Assembly: GCA_047967505.1 (NCBI GenBank)
Contig: CM106538.1
DNA: 64,000 nucleotides
Reading direction: 5' to 3' (one strand)
Origin: Dipteris shenzhenensis
Lineage: Eukaryota
In this document: piece after piece, positions 39,501 to 53,650 of the stretch
How positions within the stretch are numbered: position 1 is the stretch's first letter
How the letters are laid out: every line of letters begins with the position of its first letter
The notes under the pieces: generated by a model
What the model was told of the DNA's origin: nothing
Databases searched by the model: none
Seen by the model: only the letters and a program-made list of their open reading frames with translations
Made by a program: the position numbers and the translations under genes

Positions 39501-42500
39501 TCATGTTTATATTCCACATACCACTAACACAAAGATTGTTAAACAGACATGATAAGGATTGAGAACCCTAACACTAACCCTAACCCTAAAGGGTTTGTAT
39601 TTATTCATTATTTTTCACTATAGTGTACAACAATCATTTGTGGTGTGCTCTCTCTCCTCATCTCCACTCTTCTCCTCTCCCTCTTCATATTTGTTGATTT
39701 TGAGGGTACATTCACTTAGAAACCTTGATCAACCATCAGACACCATTGATTAATTCATCCTTAGAAAGATACCCATGAATTATTCATGATCTTGCATGAC
39801 TTATCATTCCATATCCATGTCTTAGCTTCCTACAATCCAAAGAAGAAGCACATCAAGGGAAAGAACTACCACAATATCTATATGCTCATCTAGAAATCAA
39901 GGTAAGTTCTGCCTGTAAATAACAAGAAAAGTTGCAAGGGAAAAAAAAGGAAATACCTTCATCATTTATTAAAGATTTCATCTTGGTCTACCTACCTCTA
40001 AAATAAAGGAAAATGATTTCAACATAGAGGAATTTCAAGGGAATTCATTCTTCAACAAGATCATAACTTACCTAACATGGAGTTAAAATGCAAGAAAACA
40101 CACAACAAAGCCCTTATATCTTGATGAAGACACCATCAAGGCGTTATAATCAAATTTAACATTTCACAAGAATTGATTCCTCAACAAGATCAGAATTCAC
40201 CTTGCAATGCTCAACATAGAGTTGAAATGCAAGGAAACACACATCAAAACCCGTATATCTCAATCAAGTCACAATTGAAGAGTTATACTCACATTTACTG
40301 TGCAACCCGGCAAAGGCTCCCATATAATGCTGCATTGTTTGCTATACCAGCCCTGTAGTACCATTATCCCTTTTCCAAGCGTCGGCTCACCTCTAAGAGT
40401 AAACCATGTAGTAGCCCACATGGTTGTCTTGTGGAAGATTCCATCCACCTAGATGTGCCCATGTGGCATCCATATTTGATGCTCACAAAGTAGAATCCCA
40501 TGCCCCCCAATCCTATCTCTATACAATGTACTTGCCAAACATCCATGAAAATCGGTGCATGAGTTGCTTATGAGTTCTATGGTCAAAATTGTAAGATAAG
40601 GGTATAGCTCACATAGTAGGAGAGCAGTGGATATACTGTTTGTATCTTGTATCTTCTCACTTGCTAGATAAGAAAGATGCAAGACTAGTTGTTTCTCTGT
40701 GGACATAGCCAACATTGGGTCAACCATGTATATCAGTCTCTTTGTCTCTTCCATTATGTGTGCTTCATGTATTTTGTATTTTACACATTCCAATTCTCGC
40801 ATTGTTGCTCCATTATCATGTTGCTCCTAACAGATTTGACTAATTAATAGGCGATATAAGATGTGCAAACCCTACATGTAGAAGCATTGCAATAATCATG
40901 TGGAGGTTTAACATATTCCAAAGCTATATTGAAGTCACTTTGGCTAGTGGATAGGAGGAACCATAACATTTTATAGTAACAGCAGGTACCTAGTCATCTA
41001 AGGAAAATTTGTGACAAGTCATTTCATCAACCCATGAAAGAGATTTCTTTAAGATATAATCTTGTTGACAGATCATATCTAACCTTTTGGATCTTACAAG
41101 AGTGGAATTTTGGCCTTTCATATGTGAGAGCTGCATTCTTAGATCAATATGCTCCAGAAAGAGACCCCAATGGAATCTAGACGGAGCTATATAAGTATAA
41201 ACACGAGCTGAACCAAGATGTTGATTTAATACCTGATTCATTTCTTTGAAGTGTGGAACCCCTAGAGTGCAGCTTTACATTCAGAGATCCCACTCGAAAT
41301 GATTAAGAAGGAGATATATCTATTGCAAGCACATCATCTTAGAAAGTGGAAGTGAAGAACCCTCTTTGCTTTGATGAGAGGCAGTACGGTATGCATGAGA
41401 GAATGAGAGAAGGAATGGAAGATGAAGAGATTGGGACAATTGCGATTGCAGGAAAGTCCAAAGAATCCACTATTTGATTGGGAAGTAGCTTCATGGATGG
41501 ATATTTATAGGCTTTGGAAGCACAGTACAAGTGGATTGCCTACATGTATATCAGATGGTGATGATATGGGAAAAGTGACCAAGTAGGTTATTAGTGTAGA
41601 ACAAGTGCAAAATTTTGAAGCCCAAGAGTGGCATGAAAAGGGAATAGATATTGATATGTATGATCAAGAAGAGGATGAAGCACAGGAGATTGAAAATGCA
41701 TGTGAATCATATGTTGGGCCTTTGTTTGATACCGATAAAGATGTGCATATGACCTTCGATATGAGACTTTGTTATTAGAGCCTATTCATGATGGTGCAAA
41801 TACATGCAATGATCCATGGGATGTGGAAGAGCCTATGCTTGAGGATGCAATGATCCAAGAACAACTAGAGATAGGAAGCAATGCTTGCATGGATTCAGAG
41901 TTATGGTTTGATAACAATAATAGTAGTCTTCAAAGTGGAGAGATTTGTTGGGTTAGACGAATTAGATGCTATATTTCGGGTTTAGTGAGGGAACTAATGG
42001 GACATGCTTGATCCAATGACTATTTGTCTTGTAGCTTGATGCACTTGGGAGATGTAGTTGATGTTTGCCATAATGTTGGGGACTATGAAGAGCCTCTGTT
42101 TGGGCCCACATGTGATGCAAGGATGAGATTTGGTATATGCATATGTTTTAGAGGAATTTTCTTTTCGTACATCGAATACAAATTATTTCATGGATAAGTG
42201 GGCTTTGGGACCTATTTGGCAAGAAGATCTTATGGCTAAAAGTTTTCTTTCTCATGAAATAGAGGAGGAGATGCAGGTACTATCTGTCAAAGTTGTAGCT
42301 TGGGATCTTTTGAAGGGGCCTTTGCATGAGGAGGTGATCAACCAAGTACATGTAGAAGAGTTTCTGGATGCACATATCATAGAGAGGCAAGTAGTGTTGC
42401 AAGGTTATGTGATGCAACCTTGGACGATGCTTTCTAGTTTCTACATCTATGAAATAGAATTGTGGATGGATCAACCACCAAAGGAGAAATTCTGGGTGTT

Positions 42501-42989
42501 GCAATGAGTTAGTGTTGCAATGCACTCGAGTGCCTATGTGTGGATGGATGCCTATGTGATATAAGACTTTGACAAGATGATGGATTGGGAAACCTTATAA
42601 GATGTATGACATGATAGCTTGCCTTTGGATTCTTTATTTGATGATGACATTTTGGTGTGTAGAGATGCTTGGAGTGTGTGGCTGCCGTATGATAGAGGGA
42701 AGAGATGGGTATGTACAATTATGCTTTGTAGGGTATAAGATGGTTTTTGATCTAGGTGGTTTGCTTATACGTGCTCAGAAATAGAGGAGATGTATTGATT
42801 TATTTCCTTTCAATCCAAGAGGATAACCAAGAAAAGAAAAAGGAGACTACTGACATGAATGTTCATAGTTGAGGGGTGAAAAAATTTTAGGCAGACTTCG
42901 AGGACCTCGATTTTGAACTGCCAATGGTAGGAACTAAGCGGATTTGATACTGTTTCTTTATTGGGATGGTTTGGCCCTATAAATTTATC

Positions 42990-43432
42990 TGTGATGAATA
43001 GCCCATAGAATTTACATCACTTTAGGTGCCGTAAGCTTCATCCTGTCATTGAGATACGATTGCAAGAAACTCTTCAAAAATGATATTATAAGGAATGATT
43101 TTCTTGTACTGAGGCATGGGCCAAAATGCAACCACTAGGTTCCCATGATTTAGCAAAGTTACCCTTATAGAGTGATATAGTCTAAGAGAACTATATCTTT
43201 GTATTAAGTTTGTACTTTTATTTTTTAACACTAGATGCATCAAAACTAGATTCAAGGTTTTCACTTTCTTGAGAGAAACATTCTAGGGGTTGCATTCTTG
43301 CCCATGCCCATGGTACAAGGAAATCATTCCTTATAATGGCAATTTTGTAAAGCTTCTTGCAATCATATACCAATGAAAGGATTATGCTTATTGCACCTAA
43401 AGGGATGTTAGTTTTGTAGCCTACGTCAACAC
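42990..43432. repeat. Foldback/MITE-like long inverted repeat, ~150-bp arms
   Basis: Left arm acatcactttaggtgc...gattgcaagaa...ttataaggaatgattt...gcaaccactag is the imperfect reverse complement of about 43283-43432. Confidence 0.8.
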
Positions 43433-43604
43433 ACAAATAAGTAGTCCTTTCATGAAGCCAATAATTACTCTTGTGCACTATTTCATTTTTTATGATAATG
43501 AACTTCGTCTATCCATTTGATGATGATGAAAATTTTCAATTCATTTGACGATGAAAATTTTCTATTCACTTGATGACGAAGAACTTGGTCTATTCACCTA
43601 AAAA

Positions 43605-44430
43605 TATGGGGAGAAGGGGGATAGTGGATAAGGGATGGGGAGAAGGAGGCATTTGTTTAAAAGGGCCCAAGGTATAATTAGGAGAAGGGGGATGGGGGAG
43701 AAGGGAAATTTTAAAAGGGGATGGGGGAGAAAGGGAAATTTAGAACTTGGGCATGATGGTAAATTATAAGGGGATGGGAAAGAGAAGAAACCTAAGGTTA
43801 AAAGGCATGAGAAAGAGGGGAGAAAGGGGAGAGGAAGGGTGGAGAAGAGAGGGGAGAAAGAAAGAGGGGAGAAAGGAGGAGGGAAAGAAGGAGATCAAGG
43901 TAGATGGGGATATTTTAAAAGGGGGAAATGGGGAGAATGGGAAGAGAAGGAGAATGAGAAAATTTTGAATGGGAAAGGCATGAGAAAGAGGGGAGAACAA
44001 GGGGCGAAAGGAATGGAGAAAGGAGGGGAGAAAGGAGGAGGAAAGGAGGAAAACAGGGGGGAAAGAAGGAGATTAAAGAATAGAAGGAAGAATGGGAAGA
44101 GAAGGAGAATGAGAAAATTTTGAATGGGAAAGGCATGAGAAAGAGGGGAGAATGGGAAGAGAAGGAGAATGAGAAAATTTTGAATGGGAAAGGCATGAGA
44201 AAGAGGGGAGAATGGGAAGAAAAGGAGAATGAGAAAATTTTGAATGGGAAAGGCATGAGAAAGAGGGGAGAACAAGGGGCGAAAGGAATGGAGAAAGGAG
44301 GGGAGAAAGGAGGAGGAAAGGAGGAAAACGGGGGGGAAAGAAGGAGATTAAAGAATAGAGTGTGTGTAGGATGGAGAGGATCAACAAGATGTGTAAGGAG
44401 ACGATGGAATTTCTTTGCCCAAATAGGGAG
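43605..44430. repeat. Polypurine tract containing a 60-bp tandem repeat
   Basis: gaatgggaagagaaggagaatgagaaaattttgaatgggaaaggcatgagaaagaggggag at about 43936, 44090, 44150 and 44210. Confidence 0.95.
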
Positions 44431-47400
44431 ATAGGGGATGAATAAACAAAGGCCCTATGAGCTGTAGGAGTTAAGTTACATTTTTTGGAAATTACCATCA
44501 AAATAACCATTGATATAAGCATCAAAAAATACTCGAGAGCATCAGTATAATGGTCAATTTGTTTCCTAGAAAGTGTTTTGATAGTTATAATGACTCTTTC
44601 TCTGGGGCCACCTTGATGGTTATTTAGACAATTATGTCAATGATTATAGTTTGTTAAAATATTTATATGTTAATAAGAGGGAAATTCACTCCAAGTGTTT
44701 CAATGCAAAGACCTCATGGGGGGGCTATGTAAAAACCCTACATATAGCACGTGTGATCCAGGGATATTAAAAAAAAACCCTACCTACAGAATTTAATAAC
44801 CTATATACACTCCTTTTGTAAATCTAAGATGATTAAAATATCCCTTATGTATGAAAATTTCCACTTTTTGAATTTAAAAACCGATTATGTATGTATATTT
44901 TTTGTCACTCCATAAAAATATAAAACCCTTTCCATTGATCGCTTGCGCTATCTTACATATTTCTTAGTGACCTCCTGAGGCAAAGACCCATCAACTCTCC
45001 TTCATGCAAAGTTTCATGTAAGCTAAACCTTGTTAATCCATCCTCAAAACTTGCCCTATGAAAATTTCATTATTTAATATATTATATGATATCACCATTA
45101 ACCAGCTTTGAAAGGCTAAACAATTTCCAATGTGGTGGGGCACATACCACTAGTTGTGTGTCCAAAATTAGCTTGTGAGATAGAAGCCTAGTCAACTCTA
45201 TGTGCTTTCCCTATGGAAAACTGTCTGGAGATCTTAGTAAAAGTCACATGGAACCTAGGGTATAGTTTGTATGGTTCCACACAGTGTTTGATAATATTGG
45301 GTCCTTGCATATATTTTTATTGTAGGAAATAAACTTTCCCTACACTAGCTCATTTTGTTAGCCCACTATATATCCATAACTTATAGGGAAATTAGAGGTC
45401 TTTGGGGTGCAAACCGCATCTCATGTTAATGATTATAAACAATAAAAATAAAGTGATTATGAAGATTCATGTCACTAAGCACATGAATATTGTAAATGGC
45501 TTGCCCTACCATGCTCTAACCTAAAAATTGGCACATCAAGTCAAAATGACCCTTGAGAAGGGGGACTATACTTGAAAGCATCAATATAATAGTTGGACTT
45601 CTCTGGCTTTATCGATGCTTGGATCAACAGTGTCATTATTGGACGTCTATGGTTTTATCAATTCTTGTATCAACAGTGTCATTTTTTAAATGGTTTACTA
45701 ACTATAAATTTGTATCGATGGTTATTTTAATGGTTTATGGTTTTTATCCAGTTATTTTGATGGTTAGGGATTTCTAGTTCTAGGTTTTTTGGATGAAAAC
45801 TATATTATATATTGTAAATAAATGCTAATAAGCATATTTGAGACTATGGGTATTTCAAACAACAAGTACATGTGCAAAACAAAAAGGAGGTATGACTTTG
45901 TGGTTTCATACTTGCCTAAATCAGCAGCCTTGTGTGACATTTGAAATGAGCATCAATGTGGGGATGTTCTATTTCAAAGTGGTGATGAGGAACGAAACCC
46001 CATGAATCACAAGTGAACCAAAACTATCAAATTTTGCTAAAAGAAGCATGACCAAAGAGGAGAAGAAACATGAAGGGATTACAACATTGTGAGTATGTAC
46101 CTATATAGAGCAATCATGAGCAAGATAATGCAATGCACAACATGATAGATGCATATTTTGATCTAGATCCAAGGAATGAACATTATGAAGAGGATGTGGA
46201 AAGTAGCTAAAGCTACACCCCATGAGTCCTTAGGGGACTTGATTAGAAGATGAGACAAATACAATGTTACACATAGTATCTAATGCATCTTGTATCACAA
46301 TGACTTTTCTCATATTGAAACTACAAGCTAGCTGTGCATGGTTTGACATAAGTGTCACCTCTCTTTTTTGGTAAAAGACTTTGTTGTATTGTAATAAGAG
46401 ATTTGTTTTAATAGATGCCCAAGTTGTCATGTGCATTTTTGTGTAGATTTCTTTGTACATTACTTCCAAAATGTAACACTATCAAGCAACTAAATCAAAC
46501 AACAAAAGGAAAAAACTCATCAAAGATCTTTAGGTATAAGCCATGTTAGAGAATTTCTAAATTTTTAGACATTATGCATGTTGTGAGTAGGAGGTGGGGT
46601 ATGAAAATTGAATAGTAAGTAGTGTAGTGACACTATCCACATTCCTAACGATGGATTTTGGAGTGAATGTAGGCAAATTATGATGGCGATGGCGAGTGGT
46701 TTTTTTGTTCCCTATTCACACACGCGTGGCCATTTATGAGGGGCACATACACCCATTGCCTACACTAACAAGCGGCAAGGGACTCTCCAAGGGAGGCATC
46801 AAGCTCAAGTGGACGAATGCCTAACTGCATGAGCTATCGCTATTGCGATGGGGGGTGCTTGTTAGCTGCAATAGTTTGATGTGTTCAATGATTAAAATTT
46901 GAGGCCTTTGTAAGAATTGCAAGTTTGTTTTAATAGCTTGAGTCATGCAAAGGCTCTTCTTGATGATTTACCACATCCTCCCACCTTATCTGAGTGAAGG
47001 TTTAGTATGTCACTGCAATGTTAAAAAACTAGAAATTCCTATTAATTAGTTGTGGGGAAAAGAAGAGGGTGAAAAGCTAAAGGATAAAGCCATGACTAAA
47101 CTAAGGGATAAAGGGGAGAGGGGAGAAGTTTCAATTAAAGGATAAGGGAGGGTATCAGGCATTGAATGGGGAGCTTGGGGGGGAGAGACCACTTATAAAG
47201 GGGGCATTAAAGAAGAAGGGACGTGCTAAAGGGAGAGGGGGAGGAGACCGTTTAGAGAGCATTCCCATGAGCGACCTATTAACACCCCTCTTCTACATAG
47301 GCTCAAAAGATTAACCTATGCATAAAATAAAATAACCCATGGACAAACATAGGTTAAGGGGCCAAAACAAATAGGAGGAATAAAGTAGAGTTGGGCAAGT

Positions 47401-49559
47401 ATGTCCCTAGTATTCATGAGTGAAGGCCCATAAACGGAGAATAGATGATTTCTTGTTAAAAGAAGAGGGGTGACAAATGATTTAGAACTAATGTGGGACC
47501 CATAAGAGTCGTGTTTTTAAAACAAGAAGAGTGATGGATGATTTAGAACTATTGTGGGACCCATAATGAGTCATGTTTTTAATGAAGAAGGGTGATGAAT
47601 GATATAGAACTACTCTGGGAGCTCTCATGTTTTTAACATGCATATCAAGCTAGATCCAAAGACACTACAAGAAGTAGAGAAAGGCCATTGCACAAGCAAC
47701 ACCGAAACACATCGTTTGACATAATTGCCTAAGTTTACAAGCTAGCTTTGCCAGACACCGTGCATAACCCATCAAAAGCTAGAGAACATGCATAACCCAT
47801 GAAAAGCTTACTAATGCCTTGCATCTTACGCACGATTAAGGTTGCATGCATGTAGGGAACATGCACCTTGTCATTTAGGCAAGAGTTGTTCTCTAGCTGT
47901 GAGATAAACATCCTTGTCTTTCTAATGATATGGGGGGTCCAAGCACTCCATAGATGTGAAGATCCCCATTGAGATTTCAATGATTGGATTGAGGAGTGCA
48001 TCCTTATCTATTCTATTCTTCACATTGGCGGACAGGAAGCCACGTCATCGTGAGATCTATCTTGCCAGCGCAAATGCCATTGGTTTGAACGGTCTCCATT
48101 AGATATTGCTTCTCACACACTTTAATAATCTAAGGGTTTTACAATAAAAGGTCTGCACGCCGTAATGAATGATCCGTCTTCGTTACGGCTGTCTATTCTC
48201 CGTGATCACCTCCCCAAGGTGCAAAAATGAAGTTAAACAGCAACAAGTTCTTTTTCACTTGCCTTGCTCTTCTGGCCCGGACTTGATATGAAACATTATT
48301 CGCTCAATCGAGTCTTGTAAAAGAAGCTCGTATTGCTGGATTAGCGTCACGTTCTATGCGTTTTAAGGTAACCGGCGTCCGCAACTCGCAATGCGACAGA
48401 GCAAGTCCGTCGTCGGCGAGAGACGAGTCAAAGCGCCCGGCTGCGCGCCGTAGGAGCCTTAAAAGCATTCTATTGATAGTGCACATGGGCTATCAATGGG
48501 GATGCGTATAATCGGAAATCAGATACCGGATGAGCTTGCATGCGGCAGTGCATTTCGGGAATCGCGGTGCAATCGGCCCAAAATGTCTTGAGAAGTATGA
48601 ACGGGGATTCCACAGGCCGCAGCCCGCGATGAAAGGGTAAGCAACGAGGGAATGCCAGTTCGGTCTGGCGGCACAGGCTCCGCGTATGCCAGGAGCCATA
48701 AAAGCTTCCGAGCAAAATTGGGCAATGGGCAGCTTGAAAGGGCGTTCGGTAGCTCTCATTTAATTCTGCAGACACACAGCCGCTATCAATGGAAATTGGT
48801 GGGGCTCGCGGAATTCCGTAAACAGAGCGTGACTACCTATGTGCCTTAGTGGGGATTAGAATTGACAGATGTCGAAATTTTTTTGGCCTGCCCTCTCGGT
48901 AGCCGTAGCTACCGTCAGAGTTTTGCAAAGCTAAAAATCCTGATTATTTCTATTTGTTGGTTGCTAGCAACATTGTTAGGGGCATTTAGTGATTTAGTCC
49001 TCTCTCTCTTCCTCTCTCCCCTTTCTCTTCTTCTTTTCTCTCTCCTTTTTTTCTTCTCTCTCTGCAAGAGCCCTCACCCTCCTCTCTCTCTCTCTCCTTC
49101 TTCTTCTTCTCTCTAAACAAGCCCCCCCCCCCTCTCTCTGTCTCTCAATGAAATTCATCTTGTTGACTTTTGGACCATTTGCATTTACTACTCTTTGTAC
49201 ACTTTTTCCTTTTCATGCCTCCAATTTTATGTTTGATGATACTCATCAAGGCAGGCCTAATGAATGATAGATATATATCATTCAAGTTGTTTGCCCTGTT
49301 TTTCTTAGGTGTATTTCGTGATTGGTCCACGTGTGTGACTGTTATTAGCATCTATGTGTGGTCTTCTTGCAATTCGCATTTCGTTTGCATCTGAAATTCG
49401 TGTTCCTGTACGTTTTCTCACCCTGTTCAGTGCATGGGCGCATGCTTTTCTCGGCTTTTCGGTGCATGGGCAACGTGGTTGCTCCTTTTGTTAGTTTCTT
49501 GGAAGCATGGGGTGGACGCTGTGTTTGCGTTTTTGTTGTTCATCTTCTTGTATTGTGCG

Positions 49560-51264
49560 ATGCCTGAGCGCGAGTGTACTGGAGAGTCAGCTACAGTTGA
49601 GCGTCATAGTTTGGATGGCTCAAGGGAGGGTTCACCTGTGTCAATGGACACAGGGAACAATACGTTCCAGAGAGGTTAGTATTTCTCTGGTTTTTCATTT
49701 CTTTTCTCCTTTGATTGTTAATGTTCTTCTACACTAGTTGTAGAAATGGTGAAGCGTGTGTGTGACAAAGCGCCGATGGACATGAACGCCATGTCTATGG
49801 CGAATGGTAAGTTTGATGTTATACTTTGAATCCTGTGATAACGAATTAGTTTGCATGTGCAGAGGGTGTACCGTCCTGTGATTACGAATTAGTTTGCATG
49901 TGTAGAGGGTGTACCGCGAGCTTCTTCCTTGCCTTGTCTGGGTGAGAAACAGGAGGTGAAACTTTCGCCAGCAATGCTTAGTAGTCCCGTTCTTCTGTCG
50001 TGTGGTGGCAGACTCCCAAAACAGTCAGAACTGCTCAAGAATTCACTGATCAAGAAAGATACGAAGCGCCGGAAGGCGTTCCAGGTAGTGGCTCGAGAAG
50101 CATACGCAAAAGGTAATTTTGAGACTCTCTACATACTGTTGCACCTAGAATGTTTAATGACAACTTGTTTTCTTGTATTTGCTTTGCTGCAAGAAGACAT
50201 TGAATCGTAAAAACATTTTTGGAATAAAGGAGGTGCTCGTAGTTCGACCATGCAAGTGTACATTGAATTTGACCATGTGTAGTTTGTGTCCTTCCATTGT
50301 CAGTCACAGTTCCAAGCTGTGTAGAGTGTTGTGTAGGTGACACTGACTTCAATTTCCGCCCTTTCTAATGGGACCTAAACAGGGATCGGTCCTTCTAATT
50401 TTTCATCTAGGTGTGATTTGTGGAAATCCAGGCTATGTAGAGTGTTGTGTAGGAGGACTGACTTTCATTTTTGGTTCGTGGCCTTAAGACGGTGCACGAT
50501 GTGGTGTAGAGATGCGCCATTCATGGTTCGATCGATCGACCAAGTGATTGTTGTAGATGGGCCTCGTGACCAAGACCGTGCTGCTGTAAGCATCTTCCTT
50601 CTTATGTTGCTTGAGATGGGAGGCAAGCTTTTGTAGAGCCTAAGACTTTCATTCCTGTAGCTTGCAATTGTTGGTGAATGGGGAGGCATCCTCACTCGCT
50701 TGGTGCAAGAGTATAATGAAGATGGAATCGTCATGTACACCCTGAAACATGTTTCTTACATGACAACAAAGAACACGCTCGGCTTCTTCAACATCACCAT
50801 TCTCGCGGCGGAGATACTTGAAGGTGGCAAGAAAGAAGAGCTCCAACAAGTATTCATGACTTAAGTGTCAAAACTAGGCCACGGCCAAAGAGTAAGCTTC
50901 ACTAGCCTTGCATTGATTACTGTTGTGTCACTCTGATCAAACTATCCCTCCTAATTTCTTGCAGGTCATTCACAAGAGTGCTGCACTTCAAACATTTGAA
51001 TGTGCAACTTGTGGAGTTTTAGTGTGGCAATTGTGGCAGTCCGCAAGTTAGCGTCACCCATATTGTTACACATGCGCATCCATGCAATTCATTCCTTTGC
51101 TGAAAGGTCGCATCTATGGTCACGAGGGCGTAGACATTGCTTTCCTTGATTTGTATTTTGAGAGTGTCTTGGATGTAGGTTCGATCCTCCTTGGCATTAA
51201 ACCTAGCGGGAGCTTCACCATTAATAGTTTTGGTCACCTTGTCATGTTCCATCCAAATGGTTGA
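49560..51264 (+). pseudogene. Spliced gene of unknown function, possibly an OB-fold/RPA-like accessory gene of the Helentron
   Basis: Phase-consistent GT-AG exons 49560-49674, 49744-49806 and 49906-50112; further open exon-like blocks at about 50510-50585, 50661-50849 and 50965-51264, the last with CxxC pairs and an apparent frameshift. Confidence 0.4.
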
Positions 51265-52329
51265 CATGAAGTTGTGTTTTTCTTTATGTACGTGACTGCT
51301 GTAATATGACACTCTTTCTAGTTGTTTGCATTTGAGACATATCCAACTTTAGTCCTCCGTTTTAGGTGCACACAAAGTTTTTCTTTATCTTGCACACACC
51401 ACACAATAGACATAAGAATATGATGTGGACAAACACACTGTGTTCAAAAGTGCATATCCAAATACTTTTTTTCCCTCTTACACAAATGAAATGCTTGTAC
51501 AAATGCTTTCCACTCCATTTTCTCAGAACTTGCAAACACTAGGTCCCCATTGCTAGTTTGGTCATTAAAATTGTACTCACATGCCTCTCCCTTAGAATGT
51601 GTCCATCAAATTGTAGCAAATAGCTCCAACTCTTGTGTACTGATTCATGATTGCCTTGTCCATAGGCATCATCTTGGAATGGTTTAAGGTATTCTACAAG
51701 GACATAGTGCGCACAGAAGTTGTCCTCGAGACACCTAGCCACACAAACGACAAAATGGCAATGTTGGTTGACAACCTCAATGTTTGTTGACAATCTCGTT
51801 AGCCCTGAAGTGATAGCACCTCTTCATGAGCACAAACACAAGAGCCCTTATAGTTAATGGGCCGTGACGTAGGAAGACATACTACTTTCTTTAGTGCAAA
51901 TCATGCTTCAAGCAACCGCAAAAGATATTGCCTCTTGCTACCTTGAGGCAGTCCCACATTGCAAGCATTCAGTCCAAGCTATTGTCACGAGAATATACAA
52001 GCTCAGAAAGGCTTTAGCACTTGCTATTCCATTGCATGCAACTTCACATCCTCTTAGCTTTCTCTCCACATGCTCAAAAACATTCTAACCCAATGCAAAT
52101 GCAGGAGTTTGTAACTGCGCATAACAAAACCATGCAAAAATATTTTAAGAGCATTGAAGACATGCCTTTCACCACCTGTGTTTGTTGTAAAACATTAGAC
52201 TTCAAGAAAAAAATACACTATGTTTCCACAGCAGCAACTACATTCATCCTTCAACATGAGCTTGTGACGACAGTGCCTTCTTGTAGTGCCCCTATGCTAT
52301 ATACAAATCAAAAAAGGTAAAGAGCCAAC

Positions 52330-53650
52330 ATTTATCTCATCAAGAGGTTGCATTGCTAAACTTGCATTACATCCAAAGCTATTCTCTCTCTAGCATTCTC
52401 AACCATCATGTTTTCAAAGGCATGCTTTTTTATGCCCTTCAAAAGTGCACTATTAGGCATGTGGCAAGAAGAATCAAAATACCCAATTGCATCTTCCCAA
52501 AATTGTATAATTTTTGTAATTATCCATCCTAATGCACATATGTCTAACTGAGGGCTATACATGCCTCTCCTAGAAAAAACTCGAAGCTTAGGTGCAAGCC
52601 ACTTCTTTCATGCATGCTCTTGCTCTTCCTCACACTTCATCTGTGTAAATTGATCATTTGTCTTTAGAGATTGCTTCTTCATATCCTTAAAAGCCTTTCT
52701 ATCCTCTGAAGAAACGAGTGCCATTTGCTAGTCAATGATGCTAATTCTACATGCAACCTTTGTTGTAAAATCTAACAGAATATTACTAGGATGTAAATTG
52801 GCCCTGATGTAACCTTGCTAATCTAGCAATGAGTGCAAGTATAATGTGGTGCACATTTTCACTAAAGTAATTAATGTGCTCTATTTGCTCCCTTGTACAT
52901 ACATCTTCTAATGTCCTTTGTGCCCTTGCCTTCATTTCTATGTCTCTTTTTAAGACTATGTCAACATAGCGCCTAAACCTACCTTGCTCATATGGTAAAA
53001 TTTTCATGAAGTGAATCAAGCTACCACCATTAAAAGATGGTGTGATAGTCCATAAGGGCTCCTCTCGAGCTGCTACAATAACATGAACAAGCACTGGATG
53101 CCAGATTTACATTAGTTCCTCTTTCCTTGCCTCTTGTGTACAATCTCCTATGTCACCCTTGTATCGCTTTCTAGCATACCATATATGTTGTAATAATGCT
53201 GGAGCACCTATAGGGCATACTTTGTAGACAAATCCATGTGTGCTAGAACTTATCTTTTCACTAACTTGGATCTATTTTTCAGTTATGTACATCAAGAAGG
53301 ACACATTGCTTATATGACTTGCTTGGAGTTCTCGCATGTTCCATGCTAAATTGCTACAACTTCTTTTTCTTTTGCTATTTCCTTTGTCCTCTCGAAAGCA
53401 ATTTTCTGACTTTTTCTCCTAGCTTGCACAACTAATATGGTTTTTCCATTTGACCTTATGACCTTTGTCTTATTTTTAGCCCAAAAAGAATTCCATAAAT
53501 GCATCTTCATCTCACTAACATCATTTGCAAATGGTGGGTTCCTTGCACATGCTTCATGAAAGCAACTCAAGTCATTTCCAATGTTGCTCTCTACCAAAAG
53601 CATGGCATCAAAGTCCCATTTGATGATCACACCATTACATGAGAAGTCAT
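52330..53650 (-). pseudogene. Degenerate protein-kinase-like gene
   Basis: In order on the minus strand: ISSSTHGFVYKV (Gly loop), YARK, PVLVHVIVAAREEPLWTITPSFNGGSL, LARLH, IID*QMA, WLAPK, YSPQLDICALG. The HRD loop appears deleted. Confidence 0.6.

Noticed and set aside
40360-42930. Acidic ORF fragments, probably old LTR-element interior
   Set aside because: No recognisable domain or termini; left unannotated.
43218-43478. ORF with YLCVDVGY resembling a Harbinger nuclease motif
   Set aside because: It overlaps one arm of a non-coding inverted repeat, and no other motifs support it.
43747-44525. Overlapping Lys/Glu/Gly- or Phe/Pro-rich ORFs
   Set aside because: They come from a polypurine tandem repeat that lacks stops in several frames.
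45800-46500. Possible second Harbinger remnant (nuclease tail plus convergent Myb-like ORF)
   Set aside because: Similarity is too weak to support by eye.
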